The notes beneath the pieces were generated by a model, which saw only the letters and a list, made by a program, of their open reading frames with translations, was not told the DNA's origin and did not search any database. From assembly GCA_003488415.1 (NCBI GenBank), contig DNLQ01000130.1, positions 1 through 35,376 on the forward strand: a stretch of DNA of 35,376 nucleotides, in the 5' to 3' direction. Positions within the stretch are counted from its first letter, which is position 1; every line of letters begins with the position of its first letter. The translations under genes and the position numbers were made by a program. The stretch is from Ruminococcus sp. Its GTDB lineage: Bacteria; Bacillota; Clostridia; Oscillospirales; Ruminococcaceae. Positions 16,155 through 25,200 of this stretch are shown here, piece after piece.

Positions 16155-16382
16155 TCAGTCTGTAGATTCATCCGGGATCAGTTTGTCTATCTTTTCAGCC
16201 TCATAAGACTGCCTCGGAGAACCAAGTTCTGTAACTACACAGTCGGTCTGGCGCTCACTGATGACAGTTTTTTCCACCTTAAACTCGTTATTTTCGTCTA
16301 TATACTTTTCCATATATACAACTCTTATTATATTTTCTACTCGTACAGCGCGGTTTATCTTTTTCTTATATTCGTGTTCCAT
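16155..16382 (-). CDS. Hypothetical protein
   Basis: RBS AAGGAGGTGA. Confidence 0.55.
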   Translation of the reverse strand: MEHEYKKKINRAVRVENIIRVVYMEKYIDENNEFKVEKTVISERQTDCVVTELGSPRQSYEAEKIDKLIPDESTD

Positions 16383-16565
16383 TTATTCACCTCCTTCTAA
16401 GAAAGTCTGTAAGTCTGTAAGTATGAAAAAAGATGATTATATTTTTGAAACTGATTCAATATCCGAATATGATATTGAAAATGTAATCTGTAATTATTGC
16501 GGATTATCTTATGTTGACAGCTTATTTTTTTGATCCACGCCCCTCTTCACGAAAGCACGATAGCA

Positions 16566-16781
16566 CTATTCGCACTCTCGATCCGCTGTATCAGCCATGC
16601 TTTCACATCTGTCTTCCTGCGTTGTTAAGATTTTCAGATTGACGTTGTTTAAATCGCGCAGCATACATAGACCTATAATTGCAAGGCACTTTGTCTGTTC
16701 GTTATCTGTTTCATCAAGAATATCACCAAGAATAGTCATAAAATGTCCCTTGCCTTTTTCAGTTATCCTCATTCGCTTCAC
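16566..16781 (-). CDS. Hypothetical protein
   Basis: RBS GGAGGGAGGTG, directly after promoter 16796-16824. Confidence 0.55.
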   Translation of the reverse strand: MKRMRITEKGKGHFMTILGDILDETDNEQTKCLAIIGLCMLRDLNNVNLKILTTQEDRCESMADTADRECE

Positions 16782-16795
16782 CTCCCTCCAGCTAT

Positions 16796-16824
16796 ATTAT
16801 ATTCCGATTTTTATCAGAAGTCAA
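16796..16824 (-). promoter_or_regulatory. Second leftward promoter with the same operator
   Basis: TTGACT-17nt-TATAAT; TCCGATTTTTATCAGA at 16803-16818. Confidence 0.75.
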
Positions 16825-16842
16825 TAGAAAGGACGTGACTTT

Positions 16843-17781
16843 ATGAAGAAAGAACTATCAAAAGAAGAAATACTAAAATTAGCTAAGAAAAAAGGAATTA
16901 AGCTATCCTTTCTGAACAGTCTTATCGGCGGATACCGCGGAAGGCTTACCGATTGGAAAAACGGCAAGACATCTTTAACAGAATCGGAAACCGAAATAAT
17001 CGTCAACTATCTTCTCGGCACAGATAATGCATCCGTTGACGAAAAAAATACATTATCATCTGACGAAAACAATTTGATTGAATTATTCAGAAGTGTTGAT
17101 GATTTTGGCAGGGAAGCTATTAAAAACACGGCTTCACATGAACAAAAACGCTGTTTATCTGAAAGGAGTCTTTCAAGAATGAATAAAAATGATAGATACA
17201 ATGCTATCCAAGAGAAAGATGATGAAATGCGAAATTACGCTTCAAAAATCCTCAAGTCAGTCGATGAGACTTATAACGAAGTTTTTTATGAACGCCATGA
17301 TATAGATAAATTAAAGTATTTTATAAATATTGATTCTGCAATAATTGACGAAGCACATGGTTTTTATAAAAACGATGATGATTTAATGAGATCTGAAACC
17401 GATTCATTCTTTGAAGCCTGTTATAAATTCATCAGATCCGTAGAGGACATGATAAAGGCTAAAGGAAGAAATGCAATATCAGAAAGAAAACAAGAATGCG
17501 GTATTTGTTTTGAAGAACTGGTTAATAGTGTAAAAGACACCATACTTGAAGATCGCGAAGTTCTGAACGACTTGACCACCAATATGGAACGCTCAGAATA
17601 TGTTAGCAGAAGAAAAGAAGAAGATAAGAAAAAATCAGCTATCGCTCCCACTTCATTGGCTATAACAAGTGAACAGGGAAGCAGCAAAGCAGCTGCAAGG
17701 CGCACAAGCTCTGACAACAGCGCTAAAGAACCGCCGTCCGCCGACATTCTCATCGAGGTCACCGAGGGTGATGGCTTATGA
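16843..17781 (+). CDS. CI/ImmR-like repressor with long C-terminal region
   Basis: N-terminal HTH (LAKKKGIKLSFLN...LTDWKNGK), LSSDENNLIELFRS motif; divergent from lytic operon, upstream of ImmA-like gene. Confidence 0.7.
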   Translation: MKKELSKEEILKLAKKKGIKLSFLNSLIGGYRGRLTDWKNGKTSLTESETEIIVNYLLGTDNASVDEKNTLSSDENNLIELFRSVDDFGREAIKNTASHEQKRCLSERSLSRMNKNDRYNAIQEKDDEMRNYASKILKSVDETYNEVFYERHDIDKLKYFINIDSAIIDEAHGFYKNDDDLMRSETDSFFEACYKFIRSVEDMIKAKGRNAISERKQECGICFEELVNSVKDTILEDREVLNDLTTNMERSEYVSRRKEEDKKKSAIAPTSLAITSEQGSSKAAARRTSSDNSAKEPPSADILIEVTEGDGL

Positions 17782-18353
17782 ACTATCATCTCTACACCAA
17801 CACCCGCGATGCAGCTTGGCAGTTCCTCCTTGACAACGGCGTTGACCGACTCCCTGTCAGCTTTCACGATATCTGTCGGACGAACGGTATCGGTCTTTAC
17901 AAGGACTGCGGTTCGGGTTACTTCTCTGCCGATGAGCGTGGAGTCGTATTTCTCCGTGACGGGAGGTACAACATCTTTCTGAACGGCGCGGATCCTCTTG
18001 AAGTCCAGCGATTCACTATCGGTCATGAGCTGGGGCATATCTTCTTCGGGCATCTGATTGACAGCGGACTTCACACACGGCTCACAGGTACAAGAGCGGA
18101 TCCGAAAGCTCCTGAAGAGTATCAAGCCGAACGCTTCGCAATGGGTATTCTTGCACCTGCCTGCGTACTCTGGGGACTTGGACTGCATTCCACCGACGAT
18201 ATTGCAAGAGTTTGCAGCATCTCGCTTGAAGATGCCCGTATTCGCGCAGAGCGTATGCGGGTGCTTTACAAAAGAGATGCCTTTCTCGCATCCGAACTCG
18301 AAAAGCGTGTGTTTGAGCAGTTTGAAAACTATATTTCCGAGCATAGGAAATAG
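17778..18353 (+). CDS. ImmA/IrrE-family metallopeptidase
   Basis: QRFTIGHELGH...EYQAERFA..ILAP. Confidence 0.9.
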   Translation: MNYHLYTNTRDAAWQFLLDNGVDRLPVSFHDICRTNGIGLYKDCGSGYFSADERGVVFLRDGRYNIFLNGADPLEVQRFTIGHELGHIFFGHLIDSGLHTRLTGTRADPKAPEEYQAERFAMGILAPACVLWGLGLHSTDDIARVCSISLEDARIRAERMRVLYKRDAFLASELEKRVFEQFENYISEHRK

Positions 18354-18369
18354 AAAGGAGCGTGATACC

Positions 18370-19404
18370 ATGGCAAAGGCACAGAAGCTGCCGTCCGGCA
18401 ATTACCGCGTGAGAGTGACCGATCCCGAGACAGGGAAAAGGCAGTCCTTCACGGCTCCTACAAAAAGAGAAGCCGAGCTTGCCGCTCTGGAATGGCTCGG
18501 AGGCAAAAAAGTAAACGCCGACAGCAGGACAGTCGGTGAGTGCATTGATGATTACATCAACAGCAAGGTCAACATCCTGAGTCCGACCACTATCGACGGA
18601 TACAGGAAATGCCGGAGGAACTGTCTCAGTGAACTGTGTCCGCTGCCGGTCAGCAAGCTCACTCAGCTCGACGTCCAGAAGCACATGAACATGCTGGCGC
18701 TGACCTATTCGCCTAAGACGGTCAGAAATGCTCACGGACTCCTGGTCTCCGTACTCAACACTTATTCTCCGGGAACAGTCCTGCACACGACTCTCCCGAA
18801 GATGCAGAAAAAAATAAAGCAGCTCCCGCCTGCCGAACAGGTAGTTGCTGCTGTTATCGGATCTGAGATCGAACTTCCCTGCATGCTTGCCCTGTGGGAA
18901 GGTATGCGTATGTCCGAGATCAGAGGTGCTAAGCGATCAGATCTGAACGGCAATATCCTCACTATCCATGAGACTGTCGTGACCGTCGAAGGACAGAACA
19001 TCACCAAGGATTCTACCAAGACCTTCGACAGCACACGTCAGATCAGTCTCTCGCCTTATATCATGGAACTAATAAGCCGTCTCCCGGAGGAACAGGAACA
19101 CTTCACTGTTCTCAGCGGTCAGGCTATCTACAAGCGATTCTCAAGGCTGCTTCAGTCCAACGGTATCGCTCACATGACCTTCCATGATCTCAGACACATG
19201 AACGCTTCAACTATGCTGATGCTCGGCATTCCCGACAAGTACGCCATGGAGCGCGGCGGCTGGAGCAGTCCTCATATCATGAAGTCTGTCTATCAGCACA
19301 CTTTTTCCTCGGAAAGAAAGCTCGTCGATAATGCTGTTGATGAGTTTTTTATGAATATCATTGATAAAACGGACACAAAAACGGACACAAACTCGAATGA
19401 GTAA
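18370..19404 (+). CDS. int: Tyrosine integrase
   Basis: GMRMSEI, TKT, FHDLRH, GGW, VYQH catalytic motifs; RBS AAAGGAG. Confidence 0.95.
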   Translation: MAKAQKLPSGNYRVRVTDPETGKRQSFTAPTKREAELAALEWLGGKKVNADSRTVGECIDDYINSKVNILSPTTIDGYRKCRRNCLSELCPLPVSKLTQLDVQKHMNMLALTYSPKTVRNAHGLLVSVLNTYSPGTVLHTTLPKMQKKIKQLPPAEQVVAAVIGSEIELPCMLALWEGMRMSEIRGAKRSDLNGNILTIHETVVTVEGQNITKDSTKTFDSTRQISLSPYIMELISRLPEEQEHFTVLSGQAIYKRFSRLLQSNGIAHMTFHDLRHMNASTMLMLGIPDKYAMERGGWSSPHIMKSVYQHTFSSERKLVDNAVDEFFMNIIDKTDTKTDTNSNE

Positions 19405-19607
19405 CGTAAAATAGCCGAATTTCAAGTGGATTCTGCGGGTTCAATTCCCCTCGCCTCCACCAAACAAGGAATCTGCTATAATTCGGCGATGCACAAATTC
19501 TCGCGATTTATAGCAGATTTTTTTATTTCCATATTCTTTGTGAGATTTAAGAAAACAAAGTGGATATTAATGTTTTCTGCAATAAAATGGACACGAAAAT
19601 GGACACG
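19366..19607. other. attP site
   Basis: Core GGGTTCAATTCCCCTCGCCTCCACCA (19437-19462, tmRNA/tRNA-Ala-like 3' end) flanked by tandem AAAAYGGACAC arm repeats at 19366-19391 and 19584-19607. Confidence 0.8.
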
Positions 19608-19652
19608 GCATCAGATGTCATTACGTTACTCGATATTTTGAAAGGAGCAATT

Positions 19653-20009
19653 ATGAATATCGGGCGCAGAATTTCAAGAATACTGATGTTACTGGGGAAC
19701 CAGCCGAGTGTCAAGGGGTACCAGTACATAAAAAAAGGGATCGCATATTGCATGCGCGATCCGAGGTCAGTGACTAACCTGTCGCAGCTGCTCTATCCGA
19801 AGCTTGCGGAAGAATTTGGCACGACCTCAGCAGCAGTCGAGCGGGCAGCCAGATCGGCAATAAAGGAAAGCTGGCATCGCCGTGACCGTGAGCTGTCAAA
19901 GGAAATATTCAGCAACAGCCTGCAAGGATCAGATGATATCCCATCAAACTCACTGTACATAGCCGCAGTAGCAGAGTGGCTGAACGATGAAGAAGAAAAG
20001 GCATTTTAA
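19653..20009 (+). CDS. Stand-alone Spo0A C-terminal DNA-binding domain protein
   Basis: LG..PSVKGYQYI...LLYPKLAEEFGTT..AVERAARSAI..W...PSNSLYIA; RBS AAAGGAG. Confidence 0.9.
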   Translation: MNIGRRISRILMLLGNQPSVKGYQYIKKGIAYCMRDPRSVTNLSQLLYPKLAEEFGTTSAAVERAARSAIKESWHRRDRELSKEIFSNSLQGSDDIPSNSLYIAAVAEWLNDEEEKAF

Positions 20010-20037
20010 ATTAAATAATAAAAATATATCCAAACCC

Positions 20038-20066
20038 TTGACTTTTGGCTACCCATATGTTATAAT
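20038..20066 (+). promoter_or_regulatory. Sigma-A promoter of the Rha operon
   Basis: TTGACT-17nt-TATAAT with extended TG. Confidence 0.75.
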
Positions 20067-20125
20067 ATAATCACAGTAAGGAAACACCTTACAAGTAACG
20101 GGGCAGAACGGGAAAGGAGGAACAA

Positions 20126-20239
20126 ATGGACGAGATGAACGATACCATGAGAATGATGATAAAAGCAATCATTCAGATAATCAAGGACAGCAATGACAAA
20201 GACGAAGCACTCAAAAAAATAGAAGCTCTGCTTAAATAA
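20126..20239 (+). CDS. 37-aa small protein (missed by ORF track)
   Basis: MDEMNDTMRMMIKAIIQIIKDSNDKDEALKKIEALLK; RBS AAAGGAGG. Confidence 0.7.
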   Translation: MDEMNDTMRMMIKAIIQIIKDSNDKDEALKKIEALLK

Positions 20240-20299
20240 CAGAGCTTCCCACAAAACTAAAGATTGGGCGGAATCTGCCGCCGCCCTCTCTTTAATTCA

Positions 20300-20328
20300 A
20301 ATATATCACGTTTTGCCCCGTTTGTCAA
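20300..20328 (-). promoter_or_regulatory. Antisense promoter 1
   Basis: TTGACA-17nt-TATATT with extended TG. Confidence 0.6.
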
Positions 20329-20339
20329 GAAGGGACGTG

Positions 20340-20540
20340 ATGAAAATTTCTGATAACGGCAGAAAAAAAATGGGCAGACCATTTGTTGGCAATGAACCTA
20401 AAGATATGAGGGTATCATTGAGAGCTACTAAAACAACTGTGGAAAAATTCGATAGGTGTTCTCAGATTCTTGGAAAGTCAAAAACAGACATACTTGAAGA
20501 AATGGTAGATACTCTATATCATAAGGTCACTAAACAATAA
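20340..20540 (+). CDS. Ribbon-helix-helix regulator
   Basis: KKMGRP...PKDMRVSLR...SKTDILE. Confidence 0.75.
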   Translation: MKISDNGRKKMGRPFVGNEPKDMRVSLRATKTTVEKFDRCSQILGKSKTDILEEMVDTLYHKVTKQ

Positions 20541-20616
20541 AAACAACGGCAACGCCGCACCGTAGGAAGCAAAGCGTTACCGTTATTCCGCAGACAGATT
20601 GCTCTATCTGAAATCT

Positions 20617-20645
20617 ATTATATACCAGATTTTGCTTTCTGTCAA
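20617..20645 (-). promoter_or_regulatory. Antisense promoter 2
   Basis: TTGACA-17nt-TATAAT. Confidence 0.65.
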
Positions 20646-20667
20646 GACTAACAGAAAGGAAAATAAT

Positions 20668-20928
20668 ATGTCAGACTTATTTGATGTAGCCACGGAAATC
20701 GAAGATGTCCTTATTGGCATCGAAAGGGCAAGAGCCGCAGCAGACCTTAGCTTAGAAAGGCTCGATAACGATATAATCGAGCTCGCAAAAGAAACACCTG
20801 TAACCTCTCACATCTCTTTTTGTGCAAGTTCTATTAGACTTTCTACCGACAGAATCTTTGAAGAAATGAAGAAGTTGGGACAGCTCACTGAAAGCCTTTA
20901 CGCTATCAGCAAGGGGGCTAAAAGATGA
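20668..20928 (+). CDS. Hypothetical protein
   Basis: RBS AAAGGA; coupled to the Rha gene. Confidence 0.6.
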   Translation: MSDLFDVATEIEDVLIGIERARAAADLSLERLDNDIIELAKETPVTSHISFCASSIRLSTDRIFEEMKKLGQLTESLYAISKGAKR

Positions 20929-21470
20929 CTGAACTCATACTGACAAACCTCGGAGGAATTGAAGTCGTTGACAGCAGACAGGTTGCAGAAGCTATTGGAA
21001 AGAAGCATAAGGAACTTCTCAGAGATATTCGCCATTACAGCACATATCTTGCTGAGAGCAAAATTGCGCTCTGCGATTTTTTTATCAAAAGCGACTATAC
21101 AGATTCAACAGGAAGAACGCTCCCCTGCTATCTCTGCACCCGAAAGGGCTGCGAAATGATAGCAAATAAACTGACAGGTCAAAAAGGTGTAGTGTTTACT
21201 GCCCTATATGTGAACGCCTTTCACAATATGGAGCAGAAATTACAGCAGTCTCCAACACTCTACAGTGGAAAAGCTACCTCAGTCGGTGAAGTTGCAAGCC
21301 TTATCAAAACCCTTAGAGGGATCATGAAAGATCAGAAAAGTGAGCCCGAAAGGATCGCGCTCATGGCAAAAGGCGTTTGCGATCAGTTTGGTATTAAGCT
21401 TCCAGAGAGATTTGTTGAGCCAAAGCGTTGGAATGGTCAACTCGTTCTTGTAGGATTTACTGAAAAATGA
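20925..21470 (+). CDS. Rha-family phage regulator/antirepressor
   Basis: DSRQVAEAIGKKHKELLRDI...FFIKSDY.D..GR..PCY..TRKGC..IANKLTG.KG..FTA.Y..AF..ME. Confidence 0.9.
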   Translation: MTELILTNLGGIEVVDSRQVAEAIGKKHKELLRDIRHYSTYLAESKIALCDFFIKSDYTDSTGRTLPCYLCTRKGCEMIANKLTGQKGVVFTALYVNAFHNMEQKLQQSPTLYSGKATSVGEVASLIKTLRGIMKDQKSEPERIALMAKGVCDQFGIKLPERFVEPKRWNGQLVLVGFTEK

Positions 21471-21483
21471 TTCAATAAACACA

Positions 21484-21520
21484 AAATCCCCCTCCGAGGC
21501 AAATTCCTCAGAGGGGGATG
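21484..21520. terminator. Terminator between convergent genes
   Basis: ATCCCCCTCCGAGG-CAAATT-CCTCAGAGGGGGAT hairpin. Confidence 0.7.
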
Positions 21521-21521
21521 C

Positions 21522-21926
21522 TCAGTTATAGTTATCGCTGCCGAGCACGTTCAGATGCCGGCTGTAGCGCTTGGGGATGTTGATGCCCACAAGATATCCG
21601 ATAGAGTGGAGAAAGCCGGAAATTACCGCAAATCCGTCCTTATAGAAAGCCTCTATCCGCTTGTCTTTGAAGGGGATGTTCTTATAGTCCGGCGGACACA
21701 CAAAGGTCCAGTCAGCGCCGCTCCTGTCCAGAACAATGCGGAAAAAGCTGTCGATATCCGTGTCTTTGCGTCCGACCTTAGAGAGCAGGATATGGTGTTC
21801 CATTGCCTCGTCTATCTGGCTGATTATAGCCTCTTTCCCGTCGAAGGAGATGAGTGCCAGCAGCGGCTCATCCTCGTTTATAGCCCTGTCCACGGCTTCA
21901 GCAGTCGGGTATTTTATGATGTTCAT
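21522..21926 (-). CDS. Hypothetical protein, moron-like
   Basis: 134 aa; RBS AAAGGGG; own promoter TTGACT-18nt-TATAAT at 21955-21984. Confidence 0.7.
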   Translation of the reverse strand: MNIIKYPTAEAVDRAINEDEPLLALISFDGKEAIISQIDEAMEHHILLSKVGRKDTDIDSFFRIVLDRSGADWTFVCPPDYKNIPFKDKRIEAFYKDGFAVISGFLHSIGYLVGINIPKRYSRHLNVLGSDNYN

Positions 21927-21987
21927 TTCCGCACCCCTTTCACTTTCTGCTTACATTATAGCACAGCGGTCCGGATAAAGTCAAGCA

Positions 21988-22692
21988 TTACTGTTCCTCC
22001 AGCAGTCCCGAATACAAATGGTCATCCAGCTCCACGGTGACCTTGAGGGACTTCTTCTGCGGTTCAGACGGCTTGGCGAGACCATTCTTGCCGGAATCCC
22101 TGATGATCTTCGGGTAATCCAGATAGCACTCATCGAGGTCTGTATTCCCGGTGATTCCGGCGATGCTGCCGGTGTTGGACTTCTGCCACATGCCATAAGC
22201 GCCGGAATATGTGGGTTTCTGAACGCCGTAATTCGCCACCCAGACCGTGAAACGCTGCCTGATATAGTCAGTGGTGCAATGCTCAAGGCTGTATGCCGAC
22301 ATATAGAGTCCGGCATAGTAGCCGGCTTTTTCGAGTTCGAGCAGGAAAGCGCTGATGATCGCGCTGACCTTATCGCGTCCGAGAGCAATGACCTTCTGCT
22401 CTTCCACGTCGATATATATCGGGTATTCAAACTGCCTGCCTTTGAGCACCTGAATGCAGACAGCAGCCTCTTTCCGTGCCTCATCCTCGTTCATTGCGTA
22501 GCTGTACCAGTAAGCGCCGCAGGGTATCCCGGCTTTCTTGGCACCGGAATAGTTCCTCTCGAATTTCTTGTCCTTCTGAGTGATCTCCCTGCCGTATCCT
22601 GCACGGATCACAACAAAGTCAGTCCTGACCTTGCTCCAGTCTATGTCGCCCTGCCACTCAGACACATCAATGCCGTTTTTAGTCATTGTCAT
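21988..22692 (-). CDS. Endolysin, GH25 muramidase
   Basis: GIDVSEWQG, GAYWYSYA, YIDVE, WVANY, MWQ, DLD motifs. Confidence 0.92.
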   Translation of the reverse strand: MTMTKNGIDVSEWQGDIDWSKVRTDFVVIRAGYGREITQKDKKFERNYSGAKKAGIPCGAYWYSYAMNEDEARKEAAVCIQVLKGRQFEYPIYIDVEEQKVIALGRDKVSAIISAFLLELEKAGYYAGLYMSAYSLEHCTTDYIRQRFTVWVANYGVQKPTYSGAYGMWQKSNTGSIAGITGNTDLDECYLDYPKIIRDSGKNGLAKPSEPQKKSLKVTVELDDHLYSGLLEEQ

Positions 22693-22882
22693 TTCCCTCC
22701 TTTTTTGATTTTTCACGCTGTGTTCCGAAATAAAAGCCGATAACCATTGCGTATACCGACATGAATATCTGCGGATCTATTTCACCGCATACTGCAAGAT
22801 ATGTAAATGCACCGGTAAGCGTGAAGGTAACCAGTGTTTTTACGTCGATGAGCTTAGCAATTCGCTCTTTCATGCCGTTCAC
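22679..22882 (-). CDS. Holin
   Basis: Two TM helices, KLIDVKTLVT...IGFYFGTQ, adjacent to lysin. Confidence 0.75.
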   Translation of the reverse strand: MNGMKERIAKLIDVKTLVTFTLTGAFTYLAVCGEIDPQIFMSVYAMVIGFYFGTQREKSKKEGNDND

Positions 22883-23090
22883 GCTCCTTCAGAGTTATCT
22901 CCACCGCTGTCAGACGTTCGTTCAGGTGATTGTGCGCGTCGATGCGCTCGCCCTGCCGTTTCAGTTCCTCTTTGACACCGTCCAGCTTCGTGCTCAGAAC
23001 TGCCACCTGCTTGTTGTTGCTGACTACTGAGCCGAGGAATCCGCCGGCTGCCGCTATGACCGCAATGACTATGTCCGTCCAGTCGCTCAT
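22854..23090 (-). CDS. Holin-like membrane protein
   Basis: N-terminal TM plus coiled coil, HN...ERL..VE. Confidence 0.65.
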   Translation of the reverse strand: MSDWTDIVIAVIAAAGGFLGSVVSNNKQVAVLSTKLDGVKEELKRQGERIDAHNHLNERLTAVEITLKERERHERANC

Positions 23091-23776
23091 GCTCCGCCTC
23101 CAAGTTCCTTTATCATAGCGTACAGTTCCGCATTTGTCGGGACGTATGGCTTGAAGTCCGGCGATATATCATACAGGTCTTTCAGGCAGCACATGGGATA
23201 GAGCGTCAGATCATCGAATACAGCTGAACCCTTTATCCAGATGCGGAAAACATAATACTTGTATGCACCGTTGATAGTTACCTCCACATCGCTTGCGGAA
23301 TTTGCGAGCAGATTCAGCTGCAAGTCATCATTATAGCCATAGAACTGTATGCGGACATTATCACTGCCCGAGCCTTTCATGATGTACACGCCGTCCTGAG
23401 TGAAGGGATTCTGTTTATTGTCCGTCGTTGACGCAGCACTTCCCCAGAGGTCAAACACGAGCACGGTATTAGATGAGCTGCTGTTGGTTCCGCTGATAGT
23501 GATAGTTCCGTCATCGTTCGGCGTCGCCGTCACTCCGCTTTTGGTCGTCGCCGGGAAGCCTAAGATGATCCGGTTCTTCGGTCCGGTGTCGATCACGCTT
23601 TTCAGTTTGGCAGATATGGAATCTGTTTTCGTGTCAAGTGATGAGACCGCTGAATCCGTATCCGCAAGAGCCGTGTCCAGCTTGTCCATATTCTCAGTTA
23701 TCACCGACATGTCGAACTTGTCAGTGTGATCTTCCTGCTTCCCGAGATCATAGTTCGGTGTATATGTAACTCCCAT
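23087..23776 (-). CDS. Tail fibre/baseplate-associated protein
   Basis: TPNYDL.K...N.DKLD head, coiled coil, NDDGTITISGT; last tail gene. Confidence 0.6.
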   Translation of the reverse strand: MGVTYTPNYDLGKQEDHTDKFDMSVITENMDKLDTALADTDSAVSSLDTKTDSISAKLKSVIDTGPKNRIILGFPATTKSGVTATPNDDGTITISGTNSSSSNTVLVFDLWGSAASTTDNKQNPFTQDGVYIMKGSGSDNVRIQFYGYNDDLQLNLLANSASDVEVTINGAYKYYVFRIWIKGSAVFDDLTLYPMCCLKDLYDISPDFKPYVPTNAELYAMIKELGGGA

Positions 23777-25200
23777 TATTTTCCCTCCAGTTCATTGATT
23801 TCACGCTCTTCGAGGTCGCTCACCCTAAAAGTCTCCATGCCGGATATAGATACGGACATCTGCCGCGTGTCGGATGCAAATAGCGCTTCCCTGACCGCAC
23901 GCAGTTCCTTTTCAGCCGCTGATGTACCCGAGGTTATAGTGCCAGCTTTGTATTTCGGACGTATCAGGGACGGATTAAAGCTGCCCAGTGTCATTTTCAG
24001 ACAGTCGCCTGTGAGATGATCCCGTCGAACGCTCACTATCTCCTGCTCCGTAGTCGTCGCAAGAGGCTCGCAGTATATCGTTCCCCGGTCGCCTACATCA
24101 CAGTCTTGCAGACCGATGAAGTCACTGTATACAGGATCGTCCCGGAGAGATGCTGTCTCTATCTCAAAGCTGACTTTCGGAGTGCTTATCTGCATCCAGA
24201 GTGCGAATCCGTCATCCATAAGCCGCTGCATGTCCTTCTCACTGTACGAGAAAGACGCAAACCGTGCCTTGTGGTGATGGAGCGGATAGCTGCCGCTCAC
24301 ATAGGACACTGACCACATATTCCCGAAATTGTCCTCACAGCGCAGGAAGGTGCATAGTTCTTCGTAGCTCACCTGAGGTGAAAACGCCGTCATTTCGCTG
24401 CCGTACCGGATGTAGAATGCCCTTTCGGATGCCCCCTCCATGCGCTCATTCACCGACCAGCGGAAGTTATCACGATAGAGTTCACCGCCGAGACGGTTCA
24501 CAAGACTGCTGTCATCGCCGAGAAAAGCTGCCGCCTGTGATATGCCGTGAAGGTCAAGTTCTACAGGCTGCTCCGGGCGGATATCCGAAGTTCCGGTGAA
24601 TCTGTACTCATCGAAGCCTTCGGAAAGGTCAAGAGTATACCGTCCTACAAGACTGATGAATCCGTTGCCGTTTCCGGCGAGTCCTCGGCATTTCAGCACC
24701 AGACGGTCTGCAAGGTCATACCAGATATGCTTTGCATGGACTGTGATCTCCGCACTGTTCTCATCTATCACTGGCTTCTGATCGTCGATGCGGAAGAGCT
24801 GTCCGTCTATTTTGAGGATGTTCTGAGCAGTGAGATGCCGCCAGCGTCCCCAGTCGTCGAGCGGATGTGTCAGCTCCACGTCCCAGCGCCCGTTGAGTTC
24901 CTTTTCGCTGACGCAGTATGTCGGACTGAGTATCGCAAGACCGTTACCGTGAAAGCCGTCCTGCGGCTCGCTCATGTCGTAGACTCTTATGACGTGCTCC
25001 CGTATCAGAGGTGTAAGGACTATAGGACGCGGCAGCATCCCCGGGATAAGCTTGTTGTAGGGGAATCCGTCGTTCACGTCGGCATCGATCCGCCAGAGCG
25101 CGTCAGGGAATGGTCGCTGCATCGCCTTCTCCGGCACCGCGATGAAGTCAGTATTGGTCGGGAATCCGTCTTCTCCCATTATCCACGCCATGTCAGTCAA
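23776..25200 (-). CDS. Tail spike/Tal (prophage tail endopeptidase family)
   Basis: NGLAILSP..C...ELNG.W...L.HP.D, QLFRI, HIWYDL, GGELYRDNF. Confidence 0.8.
   Translation of the reverse strand: MTDMAWIMGEDGFPTNTDFIAVPEKAMQRPFPDALWRIDADVNDGFPYNKLIPGMLPRPIVLTPLIREHVIRVYDMSEPQDGFHGNGLAILSPTYCVSEKELNGRWDVELTHPLDDWGRWRHLTAQNILKIDGQLFRIDDQKPVIDENSAEITVHAKHIWYDLADRLVLKCRGLAGNGNGFISLVGRYTLDLSEGFDEYRFTGTSDIRPEQPVELDLHGISQAAAFLGDDSSLVNRLGGELYRDNFRWSVNERMEGASERAFYIRYGSEMTAFSPQVSYEELCTFLRCEDNFGNMWSVSYVSGSYPLHHHKARFASFSYSEKDMQRLMDDGFALWMQISTPKVSFEIETASLRDDPVYSDFIGLQDCDVGDRGTIYCEPLATTTEQEIVSVRRDHLTGDCLKMTLGSFNPSLIRPKYKAGTITSGTSAAEKELRAVREALFASDTRQMSVSISGMETFRVSDLEEREINELEGK

Noticed and set aside
16423..16533. 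36-aa + strand ORF with CxxC
   Set aside because: No convincing RBS; may be a remnant but is unsupported
17421..18786. Long antisense ORFs (17421-18401, 18082-18786) and similar shadows elsewhere
   Set aside because: Lie opposite well-supported genes, with no motifs or RBS
19435..19462. Complete tRNA/tmRNA gene
   Set aside because: Only the 3' end is present and the T-stem is imperfect; it is the attP core
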